A stretch of DNA of 64,000 bases from Phoronis australis (lineage: Eukaryota; Animalia; Phoronida), in the NCBI GenBank assembly GCA_002633005.1, contig NMRA01000008.1, forward strand, positions 966,284 to 1,030,283. Direction: 5' to 3'. The notes under the pieces are model-generated. The model was not told the origin of the DNA, did not search any database, and was given only the letters and a program-made list of their open reading frames with translations. Every line of letters starts with the position of its first letter. Within the stretch, counting starts at the first letter, position 1. Both the position numbers and the translations under genes were made by a program. This document shows positions 22,147 through 35,254 of the stretch, one piece after another.

Positions 22147-25100
22147 AGTCACTGTCATGAAACAGACCTCAGGTGTATTGCACTGAGTGGTTGTTGCCAT
22201 GGTTACCAATATGCTTCTTGTGCTGGTCTACTGTATTACTCTATGAATGCATTTTGCCATGACAACAGCCGCTGAATTTAATTGCTGTACTGACTAAGTG
22301 GTATAATCATTCTAAGTGGTACATAGCACAATGGCAGACTGGCATATTGGCTGTGTTTTCCTGGTTGGGGACAAATGTTGTATTTGCCTAAATGCGTCTT
22401 ATCTTCACAAACGTTCATGGTCTTTGTCTCCCAAATTCTGAGAGGTGACTGCCCTCTCTGCCGAAATGCTTACACGGTGCTAGATTTCTCTGGACAAATC
22501 GGTTACGTTCTGCTTCAACATGTAACTTTCTTTACCAAAAATATAAATATTTTCCTGCTGACATCAAAACCAAACGTCATTTGGTCGCTTCACCGTTTGT
22601 TGTTGACAACATTCTTGTGGATCCTTTTTAAAATCCGAATGCTCGCAAGCGCCATCTTGATTGCTTTTTCAATACTATAAGTTGGATGTTTCTAATAAAA
22701 CCATGGAATAAATGTGTTTCATTGATTGCTTGAATTGGAAGTTTGGCGGCTACTAATTTGGATGTATTCCACTTTGAAGTTTTTTTACATTCCTCTCACA
22801 GAACAATCTCCACTAACCTAATGGTGTAAATGTTATCACGATAATTTTGAATCAATTACTGCCGACCACTCACGTTAGCGACGCAATTGATTCAAAATCT
22901 GGTGTCTAAAAACATCGTTGCTAATGCTTTGAACAATAAATTAAATGAGATTTGGTTCAGCCATTATTTTCAAATCGCGAGTTATGCGTTATGCGTGCAA
23001 AATGACTGAACCAGGAAGCCTGCTATAGTTTCTACTACATTTAAGTTGCAGTTATGCTTATAATTTTTTTTCTAGCATTTGGTAAGCTGAACCAGGGCTG
23101 TGTTTCATAGACGCAAGAATCTCAAGAAAACGAAGCGTGAGCTTGCTATCCCGAGTGAGAAGCGAGTGTTTCGCGCATACAGTCAGACCGCTTGCGTACC
23201 CTAGTAAAGTGGCGACCTCTCGAGTTATTGCTCGTGACGAGATTTTCCCCAACTACAGCCTGACACCCTGAAGTGTTCTGAAAACCCAGACACGTTTGCG
23301 TTGTCTATTGAGCCTGTCTACTGTATTCGGAGATCCCAAATTTAATGAAGCGAAGACGTAACCAGTAGTCAGCATGTCAAGGTATTTCGAATGCCACATA
23401 AAGCGATTGCGTTTTCAATACACTGTAGTTCACCGACTTTTAGAAGTCGAAACACCAACTGTATTATTTTTTCTCGCTGAAAAACACCGTGCCAGTTATT
23501 TTCTCGAAAGTAACGCTTTTGTAAATTAGGCCTGAGGGGTTCACCACTATGTATGGCCTAATCAGCCCAGGCTTGATCAAACCTCACCAAGTCTAACAAT
23601 AGAACACCCCTCAGGGTTTGGTGCCTAAAGCTTTTGATGTGGTGACATACCGCTTTCTTGGAGCTCGGGGGTAAAAATGCACCGATTCCTTTAGGAATGT
23701 GTGCAAAAGCTGCAAGTTTTGCGCGTATGTCGGTGATGTTGGAATATTCATACTGGTAAGTCGCGAACTAAGATTCCTCGCCGAAAGTGCATCGCGAGTG
23801 TCTTGTATTTACGGAACGCTTCCCAGTTTAAAAAGTATGGAATCATCTTTGTGTGAAAAACATTGCGGTCGCAGTAACTGATCTTGTATTTTGCATATCA
23901 CAGTTACACTGCTGCAGCGATGACGTTTGAGGGAAAGGGAAAACTAAGCGACTATTTTGAGTAAGTTCTCTCAGCTGAATTTTTAAAGAAATAGTGTATG
24001 GTATTGCTGACCTTGGGCAGGGTCGGATTAAGATTTTTTCGGTCACCCTGGAAAGTTCGAGGTCCTATTGTCGCGTTAGTCGCGTTACATTTTCTCCATC
24101 TTCTCAACTGTCGCCAACGCTTTGTGCACTGTTCTCCAGAGCGCTTTTAAGAATTGTTTTTAAAATGTTCCACTTTTGCATGAGGAGCTAAGTTAAAATA
24201 GAACATTTATGAATTTCATAGAATTTCAAAGTTGGATAAAATGGAAACGAAATGAAATAGCGCTTTTGAGATCTCATCCCAACATTTATATCAAAAAGAA
24301 CTTGGATCATGTTACATCGGTCGCCAAAGTTCCGACAGTCCTCCCTCCGGTCGCTACATTTTTCTCCTTCATTCTTGACACTGGTGTGCCCCTCATTTCG
24401 AGACGCCCTCTGCCTGCGAAGCAGGCCCTACGGAGGTGGTAATATCGGTACTGGCTATTGATCATCGTTGGTACTTTTTGCCACATCCGGCGACTTTGGT
24501 ACTGTTCTCGAAAAGGCATATCTTTACAAACTCAACATTCAAGTTTACTTATCTGTTCAATGAAAGTCGTTTCGCCTCATTAGTGTGACGTAAAAATATA
24601 ATTCCGGGCTTCTGTTTGAAGAGTAATCAGGGTATTTGTTATTCGCATGGGCCTTTCAGTTTTCATCGTTGGTTTTCTTCTGTCCGTCCCTTCAAGAAAG
24701 TAGTGTAAGTTATTATTAGGCTACCAGAGCAATACTGCTGTCACACTCCACCCTTCACTTACCGGTATAAACACCCGCTCACTGGCCGGCAATTGACACG
24801 GCTCAATGTCGAACTCGTGAGCATGCGCGCACCCAGGGGAGGAGGGCTCGGTCCGCCCCTAAGAAACAAAAAGTCCGAGAAAATGAGACAAAAGTTCACA
24901 AAACAAGCACAGACACGCAATTCACAGTGGTGGCCCCGTTTTTTATTTGTTTATTTTTTTTAGTCCTCTCGCCGTTTTGTTACCAAAAGGTCCACGACGT
25001 CAATAAATCTGTCTATTTGAAACATAAGTTGTCTTTTTCATTCCAAATGTCGAAAATGCGCCCAACTAAACACAAAGTACCAACGATACTGAGAAATTTT

Positions 25101-27593
25101 GTCTGCTATGCGTAGCCTGCCCTGTCAGAGAAGCTACCACCTGCTGTGGATACTTTTGTAACGAATGGTGTACCATGAAGTATATTTGAAGGACTGATAA
25201 AACACGCAGTTTTGACGCATCGTACATTGTTCAAGAACACCTAGAAAAAATCAGACTGGTCCACGCACGTGCCGTCGTTGTTTATGCACAATCTCCTGCG
25301 TCTGAAAAGCTTTCGAGCCGGAATGCATTTTTTTACGTGTGCCTTCATTCAATTTTTCCAAATATCTATGAAATCTCACAGGATGCGGCCAGTGAAATTC
25401 CCGTGGGTACAAGTGAGGGACTTGATCAGTGTCGAGTGGCTGTCACTCACGAGTGACCAGCTTGAGAACGGGTTCCAGGTCACGATCGCTCGATAATAGT
25501 CGTCAATTTCCGTGTGATTACATATCGACTACGCTTGTATCCGTATTTACAGAAACTGTGGACAGTTATTTTATTTTCGTAGCATGCGACGGATAACGTC
25601 ATAAGAAAATTTAGGAGTTAAGTGTCAGGTGATCATGTCCTGGATGAGTACACAGAAGAGATTTTTGAACACTTTATTTGCTGTTTCGCTCATAAGTCAA
25701 TTTGCTCAGGCTATATTGAAGATCCAGTTTGTTTTACAAAAAAGACAAAAACAATGAAATTCCGATTGATGAAAACAGGAGACTCTAATCTATATAAGGT
25801 ACTGTATAGGTACAGTATGACTGACAACTGCATGGATAATTACCATCAAATTTACATAAATATTGCATGTTTGCGCCATAGTCATTAGTAGCGTTACTAA
25901 AAACGGCAATAAATAATAATAATAATAATAATATTAACTAGCAATAAATACAACTACCAGCATAACAGGCTACACGTAAATGTCGCGGACATTTCTACCC
26001 CATTTAGCTACAATAATTTAATGTACTTAATCGATACCTGAAATAATAGCGGAAACACGTGTAAATGCAAGTTGCAGATGCAAGCACATTTCTCAAGGAT
26101 TTAATTTGGGAACTGACAGGTCCCTAATGACTGTCGAGCACGCCGCCTTATGTCAACATCATTAACCTAATATTTATAGTGCTTACGTAAAGTACACCGG
26201 TACCCTAGGAATAGGAATGACTTTTGATGTCTTAATATAAAATGCACGGAAAAAATTACGTGCGAAATACATGCATCGAAGCGTTCAACGCTTGATGAGA
26301 CAACTGCAAAATACTGCAAAACACGGTCACAAGGGAGAGTAATTTGCAGTTTTTGCCGGTTCTGTTGACTTTGCGTGTGTTCCAAATATATGCACTTAGT
26401 TAGGCTCATGCGCATATAACTAAGTGTTTACCACGGAGATGCATGCGCCTATGCTTCACTACAGACGCAGGTGGATGTTTTTTAGTGCTTTTCTCCTTTC
26501 TTTATAGTGATTTTCGGTTAGGAAATAATTACGATATTGACAATATGTCGACGTCTGCTGCAAACGTTAACCCACATGCCATGCCGTTCAATTTACAAGA
26601 ATATTTTCCAAGTAGGTGCACGCCTAAGGCACTACACCAGTGATAACGGCGTACAGGGCTAGTGACAAATTTACACGGTATGTATAAGTCCGTAAACGTC
26701 CAATAACATTAACGCATAAATAATTTATCGAAGGTCCTACGCATGCAAACGCAGATTAACAAATCTTAAGAGTTGGAATTGATGCTAGAACTTAGGCATT
26801 GTGTCATGATTTGAATTGCAATAACATTACAAAATAATTTAGTTTAGCACTGTAAATCGATGGCATCTGGTTCATTAATGTGTTCACACTGACATGCGAC
26901 GCTTAGGCGCTCTGAGTTAAAACCGGCATTTTAGATTTTCAGTCTTTTACTAGATTTAATCCATCACCGGACGAACAATGAGATTCCGTATCCTGTAGCA
27001 AAACTCTTAGCTTGACGCTTACGAAAGCGTCAAGGGCGATGTGTGAAATCAACTTCGTGACGTTCTCCCAATAGCAAACTGTTCGAAGAAGCTCGTTAGT
27101 TGTTGAACTGTAACAAAAACAATAAGATTAGTCAAACGTTTCCGTCCTTCGTGATTGCGCTGTTCGCAGTTTGAATTGAATATATGACAGTTAACACAAA
27201 CTGACGTAATTTTATGTAATTTTGAGTGGAACTGATGAATGCGACAAGAAGGTTGAGGGTCACTTTTTCTCACTACAGATTCTCAGTTAAATCAATATTT
27301 AGATGCCTGTTCTGTCACACATGTCAGTCAGAACTCCGTTTGAAAAGGTGACCTGGTTCATGTTCATTGCCAAGAGTGTGTTCTCTAGAGTATCGTTTTT
27401 GCCCAACATAGTACTGTAACAAATGCATATTTAACTTTATTGCATTTAATAGGAGCCGTGGCTCGCTTAAGCTTGGCCGTCTCGTACAAAAGTGATGTTG
27501 TAAATTTTACATTTTCGCTTTTGCAATAGGATTTTTGGTATCACGATGCGCTCGTAAATCTGAGGAGTCCTGTAGCTTCTTCCTTGAAGAAAC

Positions 27594-30500
27594 TCATTCA
27601 GTTCTTCTTGCTGTTAGCCCAAACGGAGTGAGTAACTCCTGTTGACAAAATCACAGATCCAAGTTTTTTAGTCAGTCTCGTGCATCAGACAGCACACAGC
27701 TGAAGTAGGCAAGGTGGCACAAGGAACTCGGGAAGCCATGACCCAATGTTTATTGCAAAAATGACTATCGCTTAGCTTATCAATTATGTTTGCCACCTTG
27801 TAACTTGTAACAAAAGAATACTACACTATTGAGACAACGATACTTACGGCCATGAAAAAAGTATTTTGTTTATCTTCGCCAAATATATTTGCCGCTTCAC
27901 AAATGTAATCTCCCATGTCGTGGTGCGAGACGGAACGAATAAGTAAGTCGCCATTCGGCAGCAGCTGCAATGAAAAGGTTTTGAAATTTTGGAGCAAGCG
28001 TCAGAAAAGTTTCATAGGTAATTAATCAACAGCTTTCATTGCATGAAACTTGAGCATGAAAGTTGAATTATTTATTTAATGCGAATATTTTGGGTTGATC
28101 AAATTATTGCGCATTACCTTGTACTTTTTGCGCTGATCTTTTAATATCCTTTCCCCTGAAGATTTTCTCCACGTCACGATTGGCTTTGGGAAACCAGAGG
28201 CTCGGCAGAAAAGTTGGACGTCAGCATCGTTCCTTTCGGCCCTTGTCTTTGTGTGCATGTATATGACTGGGGCCTCGCCTGTAGATCAAAGAAACAACTG
28301 CACTAACTCAAACGACCTCTGTTGTAGTTGTGAGAATTAATACAAAGTAACTACTATGTATTTCCGTTTTGAATACGCATAACCAAGCTATGTTCGTTTT
28401 TAAATCGAACGAGAACACAACCACACCGGTGTATGTATGCATTATAAATAATTTGTTTAAGCTTACCTTCTTCTACGGATTGTTTCTTCATCAAACATTT
28501 GTCGTCGGCAACTTCTCCTTTAGCTGGAATAGAACATAGAAACGATCAATAGGGTGAAACGTCATTCGTCATGTCACATGACATGTCGTAATAGCTTTTG
28601 ATATATTTTCAATAAAAACGTGCATGGAATTCGTACCTGATTTAGTAATGACAAATGCCTGTCTATAAATAAGTTTGAGTAAGTCTCAAGTTCTAAACCA
28701 ACGTCATTCCGTTCTCATCCTTCGTTTGAATAAAATTTAGTAACAATAATCACCGTAATTCCCCCGATGGCGCGCGCACTGTCTTTAGTCGGGGACTGTA
28801 ACTTGCCCGCCGTGATAAGCAACAGTAACGATACCAAAGTCTTAAGCAATTACGAACTGACATTCTTTCTCATGTCTGAAAATCATTTCCCAGTTGTTTC
28901 TATCTTGAACAAAAAATTAAACAAATTTCATAGATGTACCAGAGAGGGTTCATCGGGAAGGCTAGCAGTTGTATGAAAAGATTTAAGGGACAGTTCCACC
29001 CGCGAACCTCTTCCTATTGCACATTGAGACCAAGTTATCCATTAAGAGTCGCCGACCCTGGTCGTGACGTTACATGCCTCCACCCAAAGCAACATTACTT
29101 TGTGAATGAATAGTGATGAAAGCATCCAAAACGTTCTTAGGTATGTAAATTTTCGTCTCTGCGAAAAAGAATCTAGTCCCTCACTTTATTTACCAGACAG
29201 AAAATTAAGTTAAGTGATTTAATGTTATTTCTTATGTACATCTAGTTACCTATAACAAGTCTGGTGGACTTCACTTCTTTTCCCATAGGAGTTTGCGCTA
29301 CACACGAATACACGCCTTGGTCCTCTGGAGTCAGACAGTCGAGCACGAGCTTAGCTTCAGTTTTCCCTCTGTTTATGAGCGGTCGTTGACGGTTATGACG
29401 AGTATTTTCGTATACTGCTTCGTCATCTGTCAGCTTTTCGTATTCCTGAAAGGAATGAAAAAATGATTATGTTTGATGTTGTTGAAATTAAATTCTTATC
29501 AAGCTATAGGTGAATTATGCTAGGTAATTAATATTGAAATGTTTGGAAATCATGGAAATTGAGTTTAGCGTCATGTGACTGACTGTGAGCAAAGCAGTCT
29601 TCATTCATCGACATCACTACTAACACTTTTGAAATAACAATGAATTTCGTGTGTGATTTGCCCCATGAATTTAGAGACACATTAGAGTCATTTTGAAAAA
29701 GCTCACGTCTGAGGCACAGTGTACTCTCAGTGTTCAAGGGTTCCTGTTAAGCAGACGCAGTGGTGTTCGGCCGCTCACGGTAAGCTCTTTCGTGAAATAG
29801 TTTAAAACCAATTAACAGGTAGACCTATTTGACAAAATCATCTCGTTGATTGAAATCGTGAGAACAGGTCACGTGTTTCTGCAGAGAACCACTCGGATGG
29901 ATACCTGTAGTGGGCGCTGTCCAGGGTCGTTTACTTGACACGTGCTGCGATTAAATGTTGGCGTAAGGAAATTGTGAATATTCCATGTTTGCTTTTCCTA
30001 TCATAATTCACTATGCCAGTGACGGATAAATAACCGTAAAAACACTTTCAGGTAGTGGTAATTATTTTGTTTGGCTATGCCAACAACTGGTTTCAAACTT
30101 AGCTTACCGTAGCTCAAACGAGACCTTGCGTTCCACTAACTTGAACCTTGCGAAATATTACTGAAGTTGAAAGATTTATCTGGATAGAACGCGGCCACGA
30201 TTTACGTGTTCAAGACCACTGGTATCTCATTTCAACTTACATGATAAATTCTTGACCCATTCAAAAGCCAGTGAATGGTTGGAACTGGCGAGGAAGTGGC
30301 GCCGCAGTTCAACTCTACAGTTCCATATAAGGGAGCTTCGACCACTTTTGGCAAGTCGGATGTGATTTCAATGGGAGACAATGTTACCTCGTTGCCACCT
30401 TTGTATTTGCTATTGCCTTTGCCTCTCTTCTGCTCGAGATGTTTCTGCAAAAGATAGACCAGACGAACATCACAAAATAATCCGTAAAAATGGTCTGCAA

Positions 30501-33500
30501 CCATAGAGTGTACTATCGTCAATATATACGTGGCTTCCGTTCTGAGCTGCGTTTCGCAGACCCAAGAATTTCGCGAGTAAATTGTAACGTGAACACGTGT
30601 TTCGTTTGTAATATATGGCGATGATCTCGCAAATTCAGGCGTGATCTTGCATTTTCGAGAGTTTCTTAGTTCTCCGGAACGCAGGCTTGGACAACGTATG
30701 AAACAGTGCATTGTAATCTGATCATCTTTGTAAATTTCAAATCATGACTTACATTTCTAAAAGTTCGTCTGCGTCGAGAATTCCATTTACACTTAATTTA
30801 ATAAAGTGTACGGTTGGTACATAACTAACTAGGCATTTTACGGCAAAATGCATGGTATGCCCTCCATAAAACAAACACAAGTTACTAATCCATTTCCGTT
30901 GGTGGTTGCGTTTTTTGTAATCCCCGTAATTTTGTGGAAATGTTATTTGGTGGATTAGAATATTAACTGGAGCGTAATCTTTTTACTCCGTTTGATTTCG
31001 TTTGTTGGATTTGTGAGTAACATTTTAAAAGTCATTTGACATTTAAAAATAAAGCGTCCTAGTAGTTTTTTAGCTGATCCTTCCTTTTCTTAGGAAGCCT
31101 CGTGTTGAGAAGTTTACTCGTGCTCTACTAGTCAGATTATTACCTGTAAATGCTAGACTCATTAAAAAAATGATGAGCTATCAACGGTCTGTCATCAAGC
31201 ATTGGACCGTCTCCAAGAGGACTCATAACTCACAGAACACGAACAGATTGTTCGGGTAATGGAACTTACGCGGTGGAGAACGGAAGCATTTGCCACTTCA
31301 CTTTACAAGAAAACGTTACAAGCTGTACGGTATTGATAACTGCGGAAACCTGTTAATACGACAGGCTTTTAACTCGACTTGCTCTAGACAAGGTTATTTT
31401 CCGAATCTTAGGAGTTTAATTAACGGTAAAAGCTGATGCATAAATGCTTTGCAAACATTCACACAAAGCGTCGGTTTTAAGAGAAATTGATGGCTATTCC
31501 GCTCCTTCAAGGCCAGTTATGAAAGCTGAAAGTCTTGCAGAATTAGCTTAGTTCTTGAATATCTTCATTTTGCCAGTAGGAATGCGCCATTACCGATGCA
31601 CGCGCAGTATTCGAGAATACGATAGGCCTACCGTTGTTTTTCTGTTAATCTGGCAGTTTCAGACTTTTCGTCCAGGGGGTAATTTAAATGATGTATATTT
31701 CGCGACTTTTTACTCACTAAACTAAATTTTCTTTCATGCATTGAGCCTGATCCCAAGAAATATCGGAATACTTTCCAAGTCCAGAAATCCGACTTCCTAT
31801 TACAAGCAAAGAACAACACGAGTCCAGTTTTGGAGATAAATGGCCTCCATAAAAACCGGTTGACTGAAGGCTGGTAAATATGGTAAAAAGTAGTTCAATT
31901 GTAAACGAAGTAGCACTTTCGTCGGTCCAAGGTCCAAGCACTTCAACGACCACGATCGGCGGTAGTCGTACCGGTACGGTAAATAATGGACATTTCAAAC
32001 AATCTACATGTTTTCACGCGTTAAATACTGAACCCCAGCAGACGTGACTATCACGTGCCCAGTACCGTGCAGCACGAGTGAGTCATTTTGTTTAATATAA
32101 CCGTGTTAGCTATTGTTAGACCCTTGCAGAAATAAACTCGTGCTCGTTTGGTTTATGTTCAGACAGGGGTGTGTCAAAATTTTCTTCGACTCAGTGCAGT
32201 CCATTTGTGCTGTTCAACATTTGTCAGCGGGTGTTTTACGAAGTTCGACCGTCTGGTTTCCGTTTGTTCAGATGTACCAAAATTCAAAATTAAAACTTGA
32301 CCACATCGCTACGACACTGGTATCTCATTTTCCCTTTCAACGATAGGGCTTCATTTCCGTTGCCCGAAGCGCACTCGAAGCATTCTTGTGTTGAAAGACG
32401 CTTCAGAAGATCAAAGGAACTAACACCCTTCTAAATTTTAAACGCTTGAACCTCTGGTTAGCCTACTTTTCTGGGAATTCCAAATGAATTGAAACCGATG
32501 CTATCACGGCAAAAATATTGCAATTTAATAGTAGGCCTTAGTGGACATGATTGCAGCGTTTGCAAACCCTGGGGTTATTCCACTAATTTACCTATGGATG
32601 AAACTTTGCCATTGGGGGTTCCAAATATTTAACCCGTGACAGGCTTGTCACTTACAAACGTAACACCCCCAACTCCACTCCTCAAAGTGACCTTGCTGCA
32701 TTTTAGCAAATGTGTACCCTGTCATCGCATTTTGCAAAAATTACATCTTAACGTAGGGTACAAGTTTAGGCTTTGGCTAAAACGTGACCCACATGTCTTC
32801 AGCCACACGTTACAGGTGTACATATCGGTTGACAGAAATGCCCTTCCCTATGTCGTCGGTGAGTATGATGATTTTTTCAACAACTTAAGCAACGTTATCC
32901 TGCACATTTTGCGTGGGAGAAATCGTAGCGCAGCTTATCTGGACAGTGTTCCGTAGACGGACTCGAGAAGCTCTCGAAAAACGCAGTGACGACTCGGGAC
33001 TGCTGCAACATATACCGACATGCATTGCAAGAGAAGCCACGTGACTACATTGGTTTGACACGCGAGGTTCTTGCGTTTACGGAACCCAACCCTGGTCATT
33101 CGCTAGAGAATAAAACTGCCAGCGACTGATCAACTGGCGAGCTGCAAATTGTCAAGTTTCGTGCATTGTTTATGCAGCATTTACTAGTGCTCATCTCACG
33201 AGAGACATGTACACTTAACGTAGAATCAACGATATTTGTCAGAAGTCAATTCCATTAACCGTATACTTTCGATGTATGAAGATAATTGCTGCCGAGAGAC
33301 ACTGTTACAACATTGGTTGCGACATCCTAAGAGAAATCAAAAGTTAGGACGGCGATCAATAAATATTATCCAGACGAGTATAGTAGTGTGGAAGTAATTT
33401 TAAAAATTGTCAAAGTTAAAATCCTAAAAGGCATGTTTGCTCATAAGTATGGTCCGTCATAAAAGAAACGCCCCATGGGTACAAAGGTCTTTTTCTGAGT

Positions 33501-35254
33501 GTGAATTAAAAACCCCTTTGTCTGTTTTCGCCCACTTGATGTATTTTCTAATCGCAAGTTGTCAATAGAGTAGAGATGCCCGGGGTTTGCTTGTTATTCA
33601 TGGTGTATTTTCGAAATTTATAAAACATTTGGTCAACGGCCTTGATGCATTGAAATTTTAGACGGCAAGCAGAAAATAAAATGATAGGAAGGAAAGTAGA
33701 ATTTTGTGCAGGGGGTCCTACAAGGGACATAAACTAGGGGTGCTTGAGATTCCTTCACTACAGTAACAAAAAGGTAACCGAACATAGGTTCTAAACCCCT
33801 GAACCGCCTATGGATCCGCGCCTGGTAAGTTTGTATTTGGTTTTGTTTATGTGAAAAAATCCATTACACGTAGTCTACTATTTGCCCTGGAGTTAAATTC
33901 AGACTTCAGATCGGCGTGAATTGGCCGGCCTCTTGCAAACAGAGTACCCGTGCCATGCATTAGCAGACCACTTGTACTTCTTTTCAAATTACAAATATTT
34001 GAACTACTGTTAACCTGAGGACTACCAACCTTGGCCCAGTTGGCTACGAGCCAAGTGTGTCACAAGGGTATGTAGTCTCAACAGGCCCGACTGGTCGGGA
34101 CCGGAACAATTTATCGTCTGCATATTGAGTCACACGAGCTTGATAAGACAGCGGGAAGTGCAACGATTAGTTCAAAGAAGTCTGATAACGAAGGGAAACT
34201 TTGCAATTCGCCCTGTGTCTGGCTAAAACGAAAGTTAAAATTAGTCCTAAATATACTCTGACATAACTGGTCTCATAATATTCCTTGCTGTGAGAGGATT
34301 CTCTTGAATTTATTTTAATCTTTTTACTCTCATATTATTGGTCTCGTAATATTGCTGTGACAGGATTCTACTATATTTTTCATACCAGATCAAGTTACAA
34401 GCAATGCCTACGCGCGCTACTTATTTAAAATTCGTAATTTTAGAGTTGGCCATTCCAAATAAACCCAGATACGTCTTCTTAGGCGCTGATGGTCTCGGTG
34501 CTCTTGTTAGTAACAGAAATAAAACCCTATCATAAAAAGGTATTATCTGATTTTCGTTTTCTAGCCAGCTAAAAACAGGGCGAAATTAGCTGACAACTTC
34601 TTGGTCAATGGTTCTGTCTGAACTAACGTTCACTACCATATCTATTGCTTTCAAACGTACGCTGCTATAATGAAATCTGATGCAATAGTTATCGTTTATC
34701 GTTATCGCACTTCCGCCCTTATAATCCCGCGACATCGGAAGGTGTGTTTCTAGAACAAACAGCAAGAACGTCACAGGTAAAACATACATGACTGATTTTC
34801 CGTTGTTACAAGCCCAGTTGGGACGAACGGAACGTAGCCTATTATCTTGTGTCAGTGAGTGCTACCGGATAACTAAGCGATTACAATTAATGGTTATCTG
34901 ACTTAATTGCACGATTGCGTAATCCCTAATCGCAAAGTTCAATATTGCAACAAGTACGAATCGCCATGTTAATTGTGAATGAATCAACGAGAAAAACAAA
35001 CAAGTTTTAAATGCGCCTGAAATGGTAAGGAACATCAAGTCTGAATCACTGCAAGTAAGTGAGCGTGAATTTATGAAAAACAAATTAATTTTTTTCCTTT
35101 CTTCAAAGGTGGTGTAAGCAACATTGTCTAAAACCGATGTACATCAAATAAATGGTAGGGTAATTTCAAAAGTACTTACGCCAAATAGTTTAAATGCGTC
35201 TGTCGCAATGACAAAGGTGGCAACCAAAGCGAAAACTCCGTAACCGGTCTTCAT
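27594..35254 (-). CDS. ImpL2: Imp-L2 / insulin-related peptide binding protein (IBP)-like secreted protein with two Ig domains, 7 coding exons, 284 aa
   Basis: Exons on minus strand: 35180-35254 (signal peptide MKTGYGVFALVATFVIATDAFKLFG), 30241-30444 (KHLEQKR...VELNCGATSSPVPTIHWLLNGSRIYH), 29250-29445 (EYEKL...AKLVLDCLTPEDQGVYSCVAQTPMGKEVKSTRLVI), 28467-28523 (AKGEVADDKCLMKKQSVEE), 28118-28278 (GEAPVIYMHT...VQLFCRASGFPKPIVTW...KYK), 27848-27964 (LLPNGDLLIRSVSHHDMGDYICEAANIFGEDKQNTFFMA), 27594-27638 (ELLTPFGLTARRTE*). Phases 0,0,1,1,0,0 consistent; total 855 nt. No transmembrane segment. The six Cys include the extra LDC and linker Cys, and the motifs P.IYM.T and NGDL.I....DMG.Y.C.A.N..G.D...TF are typical of Imp-L2/ZIG-4-type proteins. 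Confidence 0.85.

Noticed and set aside
22330-22660. Minus-strand segment starting AAGATGGCG (MALASIRILKR...) that looks like a gene start
   Set aside because: Multiple stops in all frames and no recognisable homology; likely a TE remnant or YY1-type motif.
27011-27034. 10-bp perfect hairpin CTTGACGCTT-ACGA-AAGCGTCAAG downstream of the Imp-L2 stop
   Set aside because: No Helitron CTRR end, SECIS or histone stem-loop features; plausible by chance.
30445-30711. N-terminal 89 aa of the 159-aa ORF 30232-30711
   Set aside because: Intronic read-through; the acceptor at 30445 joins in phase to the signal-peptide exon at 35180-35254.
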